Shown: piece after piece, positions 18,421 through 26,022 of the stretch
Position numbering within the stretch: the stretch's first letter is position 1
Layout of the letters: the number at the start of each line of letters is the position of its first letter
Assembly: GCA_002898395.1 (NCBI GenBank)
Contig: BEHE01000020.1
Span: 1 to 26,415 of the forward strand
Origin: Candidatus Calditenuaceae archaeon HR02
GTDB taxonomy: Archaea > Thermoproteota > Nitrososphaeria_A > Caldarchaeales > Calditenuaceae
Direction of reading: 5' to 3'
DNA: 26,415 bases
Translations under genes and position numbers: made by a program
The notes under the pieces: model-generated
What the model was told of the DNA's origin: nothing
What the model saw: only the letters and a program-made list of their open reading frames with translations
Databases searched by the model: none

Positions 18421-19797
18421 TCATTGAGGTATAGACCCTATCTTCTGAGGCTGTTTTTGGGCTTTTAGCCTCTCCTCGACAGCAATGCTATGTCTATATA
18501 TATGTAACAGAAGTCCGAAGAGGAAGAAGGCGATACCGAGGTAGAACATGGAGTGGTTGGGTAGGTTTATTGAGTAGGTGTAGAAGGTCGCAACTACCGC
18601 GCAAGCGATGAATATTAGGAGAGTTATCATCAGACCGGTAGAGGTCTTGGGGCTGAGCATGATCGGCCTTGTCGGTGGAGGCCTAGTCCCTCTCTTCTGC
18701 CTTGACATGTAAAAATAAGTAACATAGAAGCTAGCTAATGTTGTACCTCCTATCGTGCTGTAAAACAGCGTCGGTTCGATATACAGTTGATCGAAGGCCG
18801 TCTCCTTAGAGAAGTCTACATAGAATCCCCAGACTGTCGTGATGGCTATTAATGCGATGCTTGCGACACCGAGGCCTGTGAAGAATGGCCTATCCTTCCA
18901 AGATAGCTTCCTGGATTTGTCGACAAAGGGGATTATGAGGAAGAGTATTACGAAGAGTAACGGAAGTAGGGCCCCTGCTGTGAACCGCTCGGTGCCAGCC
19001 CTGAGGAAGGCGTATATTGCTGTAAGATACCATTCGGGAACCTCCACTATTCCTCGCGTCAGGTCAAATTTGATGCCGAGCTCGACTGGAAATAAGCCCG
19101 CGGAGATAAGTATTACGCCAACTACCGCTGATATGACTGGAAAGTCGATAATGAGCGCTCTAGGGAAATGGACTGCCGCCAGCAGCAACATGAGTAGAGG
19201 GAGTATGAAGACGTGGAGGGCATAGAACCTGATCACGAGGTCGAATAGGCCTCCCCCCAAGAATATTGGAGCCACAGAGGGGCCTAAAAGAGGTGCAGAG
19301 AATGTTAGGCCCATCCCTATATTCACCGCCAGCATGGCCCTCTGATTCATTATCAGATTATAGCCAGTATAGGCCTCCAAGACCGTTAAAACCCCAAGAA
19401 TTACTCCTGTTACCCAGAGAACCTCATTTTTTATCTTATAGCGCCCTGAAAAGTATTGGTAGTAGAGGTGGAGAACTGCTAAGAGGACCATCAGGTTCGA
19501 GGCGTGGTAGTGGACATTCCTCATTATGAAGCCGAACGGAACTTTCTCTTGAATCTCCTTTACGCTTAGATATGCGAGCTCGACGTCCGGCCTATAATAG
19601 AACATCAAGAATGCGCCTGAGACTCCTAGGATCGCGAAGACTATTGCAGTTAGTGTACCTAGATAACCGAAAGGGCTTACATACTGCTTCGGCACAGTGA
19701 ACTTATACACCACAATAGTTGTCCTTTCAAGTCTATCGATCGTCCACTTCCAAAGATTGTTGACAAGCTCCCGCATATTCTTAGCACTAGACGTCAT
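18421..19797 (-). CDS. petB: Cytochrome b subunit of a Rieske/cytochrome b complex
   Basis: Heme ligands in RNVHYHASNLMVLLAVLH and FYALHVFILPLLMLLLAAVH, WVTGV, YTGY, PEWY Qo motif, LIIPFVDKS; extra C-terminal TM helices. Confidence 0.95.
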   Translation of the reverse strand: MTSSAKNMRELVNNLWKWTIDRLERTTIVVYKFTVPKQYVSPFGYLGTLTAIVFAILGVSGAFLMFYYRPDVELAYLSVKEIQEKVPFGFIMRNVHYHASNLMVLLAVLHLYYQYFSGRYKIKNEVLWVTGVILGVLTVLEAYTGYNLIMNQRAMLAVNIGMGLTFSAPLLGPSVAPIFLGGGLFDLVIRFYALHVFILPLLMLLLAAVHFPRALIIDFPVISAVVGVILISAGLFPVELGIKFDLTRGIVEVPEWYLTAIYAFLRAGTERFTAGALLPLLFVILFLIIPFVDKSRKLSWKDRPFFTGLGVASIALIAITTVWGFYVDFSKETAFDQLYIEPTLFYSTIGGTTLASFYVTYFYMSRQKRGTRPPPTRPIMLSPKTSTGLMITLLIFIACAVVATFYTYSINLPNHSMFYLGIAFFLFGLLLHIYRHSIAVEERLKAQKQPQKIGSIPQ

Positions 19798-19802
19798 TAC
19801 TG

Positions 19803-20342
19803 CTACACCAGCTTAACTAGGTCCTCAGGCTTAACATTACGCCACTCCCTTCCATACCCAATCCTCCCCTCCACCCCGACCATCCAGATGTCACCTTTAC
19901 TATCGATCTCTATCCTGCCCATTGGCAGAGCATTTGCGGGATAAGGCTGATATGACGCTGGACCTTCAATAGCCACTCCATCCACATCGCGGTAGATTGA
20001 GCCGTGGCAAGGGCAGATCATCTGACCCTTGGATGGTATATAGGAGGGTAGACACCACAGGTGTACACAGACTCTGCTATACACTCTCAAATGGCCATCA
20101 CTCGTCATTAATAGGACGAATTGTCTGAAGGGGTCATTATCAACTTTAGGGTCACCCGTCTGCGGGTATGAGAAGTAGATGTAGGAGCCGGGTGAAAGGT
20201 CTTTTAAATTGGCAATCTTCTGTCGAAGAGCCTTTCCCTCCTCCTTTCGATAGAAATAGTTGATGAGCTGGGTGAATGGGGATATCACAACTATGGCGGC
20301 CGCCGCCAATATCCCCTGTAATAAACGCCTCCTGCTCGTCAA
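19803..20342 (-). CDS. Rieske [2Fe-2S] protein with Tat-type anchor
   Basis: SRRRLL twin-arginine motif plus TM helix; CVHLWC and CPCHGS cluster boxes; GPA loop. Confidence 0.95.
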   Translation of the reverse strand: MTSRRRLLQGILAAAAIVVISPFTQLINYFYRKEEGKALRQKIANLKDLSPGSYIYFSYPQTGDPKVDNDPFRQFVLLMTSDGHLRVYSRVCVHLWCLPSYIPSKGQMICPCHGSIYRDVDGVAIEGPASYQPYPANALPMGRIEIDSKGDIWMVGVEGRIGYGREWRNVKPEDLVKLV

Positions 20343-20456
20343 TCTGACTCTGTCGTTAGAAATTGATGCCTGTTCTTAAAGCTAATTCTGATCGGTGGAT
20401 GGTGTAGATGAGGCCCCATGTTTAAATCCCTGATATGAGAGGTTGTTTTAAGGGGC

Positions 20457-20999
20457 TTGTTAAGAGGCTTCCAAGCGGCTATATCAGCACTCTCAATATT
20501 AATCGTGGTATCAGCAGGAGTATTAATCTATATTAACTATTCTGCTTTTCCCGAGGGACCAATGAGGGCGGTATGTTCACCTACTAGGGTGGGAAATTAT
20601 CTTTTCGAAGCATACGTCTTCCCCGCCACTCCAATGGTTAACGAGGAGTTCCAAATAACAGCCTCAATACAGGGCTCCTCGCCTAGCCAGAAGCCTGTCA
20701 ATTTGACGCTGATTTTGTTAAAGCCTGCTCGGGTCTCCATAGTTGAGGGACCCGAGGTAGCCCCCCTCGGAATAAAGACTTGGTACTACAGGCTGCCTGA
20801 GGAAGGAGTCTATGCCGTTTATTTCATAGTCTCTGGGCCTGAGGGCTCTGGAGAGATCGAGGGTAGCCTCAGAATAGTGTCCATAAATGAGGCGGAAACC
20901 TACTCCCTCATCAGAACTCTATCCTATACCTCGCTGTGGATTGGCATCCCATTACTAATCGGCATAGTTGTCTTCTCCAAGATGAGGGAGGGAGCATAA
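20457..20999 (+). CDS. Hypothetical membrane protein (N- and C-terminal TM helices flanking a beta-rich domain)
   Basis: Hydrophobic residues about 7-28 and 158-174; central beta-strand pattern (VFPATPMVNEEFQITASI, PEEGVYAVYFIVSG). Confidence 0.75.
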   Translation: MLRGFQAAISALSILIVVSAGVLIYINYSAFPEGPMRAVCSPTRVGNYLFEAYVFPATPMVNEEFQITASIQGSSPSQKPVNLTLILLKPARVSIVEGPEVAPLGIKTWYYRLPEEGVYAVYFIVSGPEGSGEIEGSLRIVSINEAETYSLIRTLSYTSLWIGIPLLIGIVVFSKMREGA

Positions 21000-21000
21000 G

Positions 21001-21657
21001 TTGAGGATAGATGCGACTCATACTTCACACATCCACGATGAAGCGGTGCGGGAAGTGATGGGGGTGGTAATGTGTGGCGGTAGGGGGTCTAGGATGGGTA
21101 GGCGAGAGAAGCCTCTAGTCGAGGTTTTAGGGAAGCCGCTTATCAGCTACGCATTAAACACGATGCGGGAGTGCAATACTATAAAGGGCGTAGATTTTGT
21201 GACGAGCATATACACCCCCCTGACCACTAAATACCTCAAAGAGATTGGATATGAGCCGTTTGTAGCAACAGGCGCCGGCTTCTTAAACGACCTCTCAGAA
21301 TACCTGTCATCGCGGCAAAAAGCCACCTATCTCATAGTCTCCTGCGACATACCAACCCTGAGACCCAATCATGTCCAAACCGTGCTAGACATGTCGAAAA
21401 AGCTTAAAGGGGACTATATAATGTGTGTTTTGCCTTATGAAAGTGTCAGAGGCTTATCTAGAGAGCCGACAATCATCAAGCATGGAAGTGATGAATACCA
21501 GCCAGCCGGTCTCAGGATCTTCAGGAAAAAAAGCGATGGACCCCCAGACTTCTCGACGCCTTCCTACCTAGAGCTGAGGTTTAGAGAGCTGGGAGTAAAC
21601 ATAAACACCTTAGAAGATATATCCATCGCAGAGGGATATCTAAAGAATTATGTATAA
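21001..21657 (+). CDS. cobY: CobY-like GTP-dependent nucleotidyltransferase (adenosylcobinamide-phosphate guanylyltransferase family)
   Basis: MCGGRGSRMG..EKPL, TSIYTPLT, TGAGFLNDL, VSCDIP, PAGL, NINTLEDI match archaeal CobY as recalled. The real start may be near 21046-21058. Confidence 0.75.
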   Translation: MRIDATHTSHIHDEAVREVMGVVMCGGRGSRMGRREKPLVEVLGKPLISYALNTMRECNTIKGVDFVTSIYTPLTTKYLKEIGYEPFVATGAGFLNDLSEYLSSRQKATYLIVSCDIPTLRPNHVQTVLDMSKKLKGDYIMCVLPYESVRGLSREPTIIKHGSDEYQPAGLRIFRKKSDGPPDFSTPSYLELRFRELGVNINTLEDISIAEGYLKNYV

Positions 21658-21702
21658 TCTGGTGAAGAGTTAAATCATCACCTAATAACACGTCTAGGAG
21701 AC

Positions 21703-22335
21703 ATGGAATATAATGCTGAAGATTTCCTGAAGATGATCGAAAGTAGGAGCTCTTCAAAACTGTTAAAGCCCGGCCCTGTGGAGCACTCTAAGATATTGAG
21801 GGCGTTAGAAGCCGCAATCTCGGCTCCCAGCGCACACAATTCCCAGCCCTGGCGGGTCGTGGTTATAGACGATAGAGCAGTTCTAGAGAGGCTGCTCGAC
21901 GAGATGGCCTCAGAGTGGAGGCGCGACCTAAAGAGAGACGGTCTACCCGACTGGAAGGTGGAGGTCATAATCGAGGAGTCGAAGAAGAGGACTCTGAGAG
22001 CTTCGGTGGTTATAGTTGTCTGCCTGACAATGGAGGAGATGGATAAATATCCTGATGAGAGGAGGAGTAAATGCGAATACGTTATGGCAATACAATCCAT
22101 AGGCGCCTTCATCCAAAACTTGCTATTGGCACTTCATGCACAAGGCTTGGGCGCCTGCTGGCGATGCGGCCCCTTATTCGCCCCTGAAGCAGTGCGCAGA
22201 GCCCTAAACATCCCAGAAGACATAGAACCCCAAGCACTAATCGAGATAGCTCACCCAGGTGGAATACGCCCGAAAACACGGAAAAAACTCAGCGATGTCG
22301 CCTACAAGAACCTGTGGGGTGAGACCCTATCATAA
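21703..22335 (+). CDS. Nitroreductase-family protein, FbiB C-terminal-domain/FbiE-like dehydro-F420 reductase
   Basis: APSAHNSQPW nitroreductase motif plus FbiB-CTD-type segments WRRDLKRDGLP, YPDERRSKCEYVM and GLGACW..PLFAPEAVRRAL.IP...EPQALI; overlaps the cofD start; SD AGGAG. Confidence 0.85.
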   Translation: MEYNAEDFLKMIESRSSSKLLKPGPVEHSKILRALEAAISAPSAHNSQPWRVVVIDDRAVLERLLDEMASEWRRDLKRDGLPDWKVEVIIEESKKRTLRASVVIVVCLTMEEMDKYPDERRSKCEYVMAIQSIGAFIQNLLLALHAQGLGACWRCGPLFAPEAVRRALNIPEDIEPQALIEIAHPGGIRPKTRKKLSDVAYKNLWGETLS

Positions 22336-23270
22336 CCATACTCTCTGGTGGCGTGGGTGGTGCGAAGTTCGCTGCGGGCTTCCTCGATGAGACCCCAGAA
22401 AACGAGGAGCTAGTAATCATAGTCAACACTGCAGACGATGAGGAGTTCTATGGGCTACATGTCTCCCCCGACGTTGATACCGTCCTCTACACACTCGCGG
22501 GGATCGGGGACTGGGAACGCGGATGGGGCATTAGGGGCGACACCTTCAACTGCAACGAAATGCTGGGGAGGCTCGGCCTAGAGAACTGGTTCAAGATAGG
22601 CGATAGGGATCTGGCACTCAACCTAGTGAGGACTAAACTATTGAGAGAGGGTCTCAAGCTCTCACAGGTAACCGAGAGAGTTAGAAAGGCCCTCGGCGTG
22701 CGGTCGAAAATACTGCCCATGACCGATGACCGCGTCAGGACAATGGTGGAGACTGAAGTTGGCGTGCTACCCTTTCAGGAATACTTTGTCAAATACGGGT
22801 ACCAGATAGATGTGAGACGCGTGTGGTTTGAAGGTATAGACAGGGCTGATCCGCTTCCTGAGGTAATTCGCGCGATCCGCGAGTCGGATATAATAGCCAT
22901 TGCCCCAAGCAACCCTGTTGTAAGCATCGGACCCATACTTGGACTCAAAGGTGTGAAAGAAGAGCTGATTAGAAGCCCTGCTACTAGAGTGGCGGTCAGC
23001 CCAATAATCGGCGGCAAGACAGTAAAAGGACCAGCAGACAAGATGCTCCAGATGCTTGGAGTCGAGCCCACCGCCTACGGAGTATACACACTTTACAGAG
23101 ACATAATTGACATAATGGTGATCGATGTGGAGGATGCGAAACTGGCCCGTAAAATCGAGGTAGATGGCAAACAATGCCTAGTCCTTAACACACGCATGCA
23201 TAACCGTCAAGATGCGAGAAAACTTGCTTCACAAATACTTATAAGAATAAAAAGATTGTTTAGAAAATGA
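22329..23270 (+). CDS. cofD: 2-phospho-L-lactate/phosphoenolpyruvate transferase (F420 biosynthesis)
   Basis: ITILSGGVGGAKF, VNTADD, GLHVSPDVDTVLYTLAG, WGIRGDT, IGDRDLA, FQEYFV, PSNPVVSIGPIL, VSPIIGG..VKGPA. The conserved N-terminus extends upstream of the tracked GTG 22353 to ATC 22329. Confidence 0.95.
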   Translation: MITILSGGVGGAKFAAGFLDETPENEELVIIVNTADDEEFYGLHVSPDVDTVLYTLAGIGDWERGWGIRGDTFNCNEMLGRLGLENWFKIGDRDLALNLVRTKLLREGLKLSQVTERVRKALGVRSKILPMTDDRVRTMVETEVGVLPFQEYFVKYGYQIDVRRVWFEGIDRADPLPEVIRAIRESDIIAIAPSNPVVSIGPILGLKGVKEELIRSPATRVAVSPIIGGKTVKGPADKMLQMLGVEPTAYGVYTLYRDIIDIMVIDVEDAKLARKIEVDGKQCLVLNTRMHNRQDARKLASQILIRIKRLFRK

Positions 23271-23366
23271 AGCGTACATAGTCCGGAATCATCGATCTTG
23301 TACCACCCATCAGAAAACCCCGTTGTGATAAAGTTTATACACTCGCCTTTCACAGTATCTAGACTT

Positions 23367-24449
23367 GTGGATAAATCAGAGATCGATACGCCAGCCCTAA
23401 TTGTCGATGTTGATGTAATGATTCGAAACATTAGAGATATGGCCAAGTTTGCGAAAGAGAGAGGGTTAAAGCTGAGACCTCATGTTAAGACGCATAAAGC
23501 CCCCCAGATAGCAAAAATGCAGGTAGAGGAGGGGGGAAATGGGATTTGTGTACAGAAGTTGGGGGAGGCGGAGGTAATGGCCGAATACGGCCTCGACAAC
23601 ATTTTCATAACAAACGAGGTAGTGGGACGGCTTAAGCTCTCAAGACTTGCGAAGCTGAGAGAGAAGATTGAGGTTTTCGTGGCAGTCGATCATTTAGACA
23701 ATATCCGCGACTTGTCCAATATTATGAGAGACCGTGGTCTTGATTTGGGAGTTTACGTGGACGTGGATTGCGGAATGCATAGGACCGGAGTACCTCCTGA
23801 GAAAGCCCCCGATCTCGCAGAAGCTATTACACGTAGTGAGGGATTATATCTTGTCGGTATAATGGCTTACGAGGGTCACGCAGGTGCGCCATTGGGTAGG
23901 GAAGAGCGAAAAAACCTCATACGCAAGGCGATGGAGCAGACTCTCTTCTCCGTCAAACTTGTAGAGAGAAAAGGAATCGAGGTTAATGAAGTGAGTGTAG
24001 GATCTTCCGCGACCGTCAGATATAGTGGTATGTTTGAGGGAATAACTGAGCTACAGCCAGGCATGTACATTTTTAACGACTACTATCTCGTTGAGAGAGA
24101 AGCTGCGACGGTTGATACATGCGCACTACACGTGCTCACCACAGTGATGAGCAGGCCATCACCGGACAGGGGAGTAATAGATGCAGGCTCTAAGACATTC
24201 CACTTTGATATGAATAGGTATCCAATAGCTGTAGGGGTCGAGGGAGTGGAGATAGTCAAGTTCTCAGAAGAGCATGGATGGCTCACACTTAAGGGCGAAG
24301 CCCAACATAGAATAAGACTGGGAGACAGACTGGAGTTCATTCCCTACCACGTCTGTCCGTGCGTTAACCAGTTTGACACCTTATACGGGCTAAAGGGAGA
24401 TAAGGTACAGTATATGTGGACTGTCGCTGCCAGAGGAAAGGTCACATAG
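23367..24449 (+). CDS. Fold-type III PLP enzyme, DSD1 / D-threonine aldolase family (metal-dependent D-amino-acid dehydratase-like)
   Basis: DTPALIVD, LRPHVKTHK (PLP Lys), GMHRTGV, DAGSK, SEEHG, PYHVCP. Start placed at GTG 23367 with a TTTATA box at about 23334-23339. Confidence 0.9.
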   Translation: MDKSEIDTPALIVDVDVMIRNIRDMAKFAKERGLKLRPHVKTHKAPQIAKMQVEEGGNGICVQKLGEAEVMAEYGLDNIFITNEVVGRLKLSRLAKLREKIEVFVAVDHLDNIRDLSNIMRDRGLDLGVYVDVDCGMHRTGVPPEKAPDLAEAITRSEGLYLVGIMAYEGHAGAPLGREERKNLIRKAMEQTLFSVKLVERKGIEVNEVSVGSSATVRYSGMFEGITELQPGMYIFNDYYLVEREAATVDTCALHVLTTVMSRPSPDRGVIDAGSKTFHFDMNRYPIAVGVEGVEIVKFSEEHGWLTLKGEAQHRIRLGDRLEFIPYHVCPCVNQFDTLYGLKGDKVQYMWTVAARGKVT

Positions 24450-24485
24450 GATATACCAATTCTTCGACGCATACTCGAATAATAA

Positions 24486-24514
24486 AACGTGACACGTTAG
24501 AGTCCTAGAGACTC
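24486..24514. repeat. Two short palindromes in an intergenic region
   Basis: AACGTG-A-CACGTT (24486-24498) and GAGTC-CTAGA-GACTC (24500-24514). Confidence 0.35.
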
Positions 24515-24575
24515 GCTTAGAACCTGTGTGAAGAGATTAGTTTCGACAAATAAGAACTAAAGGTATAAAAATGGT

Positions 24576-25661
24576 GTGAGGGTCTTATTTACCGTGTCAC
24601 TGGCTACAAGTTTTAGCGCGCCGCTGATAGATTTGCATGAAGACATTTCGCTGTACTACTACCTTGGGGGATATGGACTGAAGTTTAAGCCAGAAAGCTT
24701 CGACATCGATTTAGAAGGCAGGCACGGAGATATCCCAAAATACAAACGAGCCAATGTAAGAATCATCTTCTCTTCAATAGCTCATATCATCCCAACGCAG
24801 AATCCATCAAGGCTGAAACAACAGATATCTGGATATGGTGTAAAAGTAGGTGCGATGAGAATCCGCTCACCAACGATGGTGACGCTAGAGCATATCAAGA
24901 CGTATTATAATCTTTTTAAAGCTTATAAAAAAGATCTTAGACTCTTGAATTCTCTCTCAGACCTGCAAGAGTCAGAGAAGGGCGGAAAGACATGGTTCTT
25001 GATAGCCATTGAAGGGGCTGAGCCTCTTGAGGATGTGGAGGATATTGAACTGTTCTATATGCTCGGTGTGAGGTCTCTCCAGATCACCTGGAACTTTGAT
25101 AACAAGTATGCCGCCAGCTGTATGTCAAAGCGGGACTATGGCTTGACGGGGGATGGTGAAGACTTAATTGAAAGGTGCAACGAGCTTGGTGTCATAGTAG
25201 ATTTGGCCCACGCAAGCAAGAAAAGCACTATCGAGGCGTTAAATCTCTCCAGGCTGCCCGCGATTGTCAGTCACGCAAACGCTACATCAGTGCATAAGCA
25301 TGTGAGGAATCTCGACGACGAAGAGCTTGACGCTCTGAAGAGGAATAAGGGTGTTGTCGGCATTACAATGATCCAGCCAACGTTAGGGGGAGAAGCAGAC
25401 TTAAAGAGGGTTGCAGACCACATAATCTATATCCACGATAATTTCGGGCCTGATTTGCCTGCGATAGGAACTGATTTCTTCGGCATCATGCACGTAGACG
25501 AGCCTAAAGGGCTAGAGGATGTCACAAAGTTCCCCAATCTCTGGAATGAGCTCCTGTCACGCGGATTATCCAAGAAAGACGTAGAAAAGATAGCTTATGA
25601 GAACGCACTCAGAGTAATAAATGCAAATGCAACCAGATGGAGGGAGACACCATTCCCGTAA
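24576..25661 (+). CDS. Membrane/renal dipeptidase family (peptidase M19)
   Basis: DLHED (HxD), IEGAE, QITWNFDN, GLT..G, VDLAH, SHAN, RNLDDE, IGTDF. The start may be GTG 24594. Confidence 0.93.
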   Translation: MRVLFTVSLATSFSAPLIDLHEDISLYYYLGGYGLKFKPESFDIDLEGRHGDIPKYKRANVRIIFSSIAHIIPTQNPSRLKQQISGYGVKVGAMRIRSPTMVTLEHIKTYYNLFKAYKKDLRLLNSLSDLQESEKGGKTWFLIAIEGAEPLEDVEDIELFYMLGVRSLQITWNFDNKYAASCMSKRDYGLTGDGEDLIERCNELGVIVDLAHASKKSTIEALNLSRLPAIVSHANATSVHKHVRNLDDEELDALKRNKGVVGITMIQPTLGGEADLKRVADHIIYIHDNFGPDLPAIGTDFFGIMHVDEPKGLEDVTKFPNLWNELLSRGLSKKDVEKIAYENALRVINANATRWRETPFP

Positions 25662-25675
25662 TCTCCGCGGTCCTT

Positions 25676-26022
25676 TATGATGTGTTTGAAGGGATCTGCA
25701 CCGGCGTCGAGTGCACCATCTCCCAACCTTTCCTCAACAATAAGTAGCTAATCATATTTTGGCAGTCCTCTCCTACTATCAATTGAGCCCATTTTAATCT
25801 GACCTCCATTAGTACCTACCGCTAAATCCACTATAAACATGTCCTCGTCACCTCCAGACCTAGCAGGAATTATGTAGGTTTATTCTCTTTATTTACACAA
25901 TTTTATAGCCTCAATCGTCTCTGTGGTTGCGTCTATTTGATTTATGAGGACAGCATTTGCTATTCCTAAACCAGAACAAAGTGATGTGGGGCTAGATTCG
26001 TAACGAATAAAGCATCCCCAAC
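25676..26022 (-). pseudogene. eno: Enolase C-terminal remnant
   Basis: The minus strand reads VGDALFVTN, a frameshift, then GIANAVLINQIDATTETIEAIKLCK*RE*TYIIPARSGGDEDMFIVDLAVGTNGGQIKMGSIDSRRGLPKYD*LLIVEERLGDGA. This matches the enolase motifs VGDDLFVTN, KxNQIG, SHRSGETED, GQIKTG and KYNQLLRIEEELG. Three stops at 25889-91, 25880-82 and 25748-50. Confidence 0.9.

Noticed and set aside
20360-20435. Possible C/D box sRNA (two CTGA boxes and AGATGA) in the divergent Rieske spacer
   Set aside because: No good RUGAUGA C box, and the spacings exceed typical archaeal guides of about 12 nt; better explained as divergent promoters.
21703-22335. Calling the nitroreductase BluB (DMB synthase) because it follows cobY
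   Set aside because: Its segments resemble the FbiB C-terminal domain and it is coupled to cofD. BluB is not formally excluded without a phylogeny.
492-24340. Numerous 60-180 aa ORFs antisense to, or in alternate frames of, the assigned genes (e.g. 4224-4763, 16831-17364, 21678-22112)
   Set aside because: They are shadows of well-supported genes, with Ser/Pro/Thr-rich composition typical of antisense frames and no motifs.
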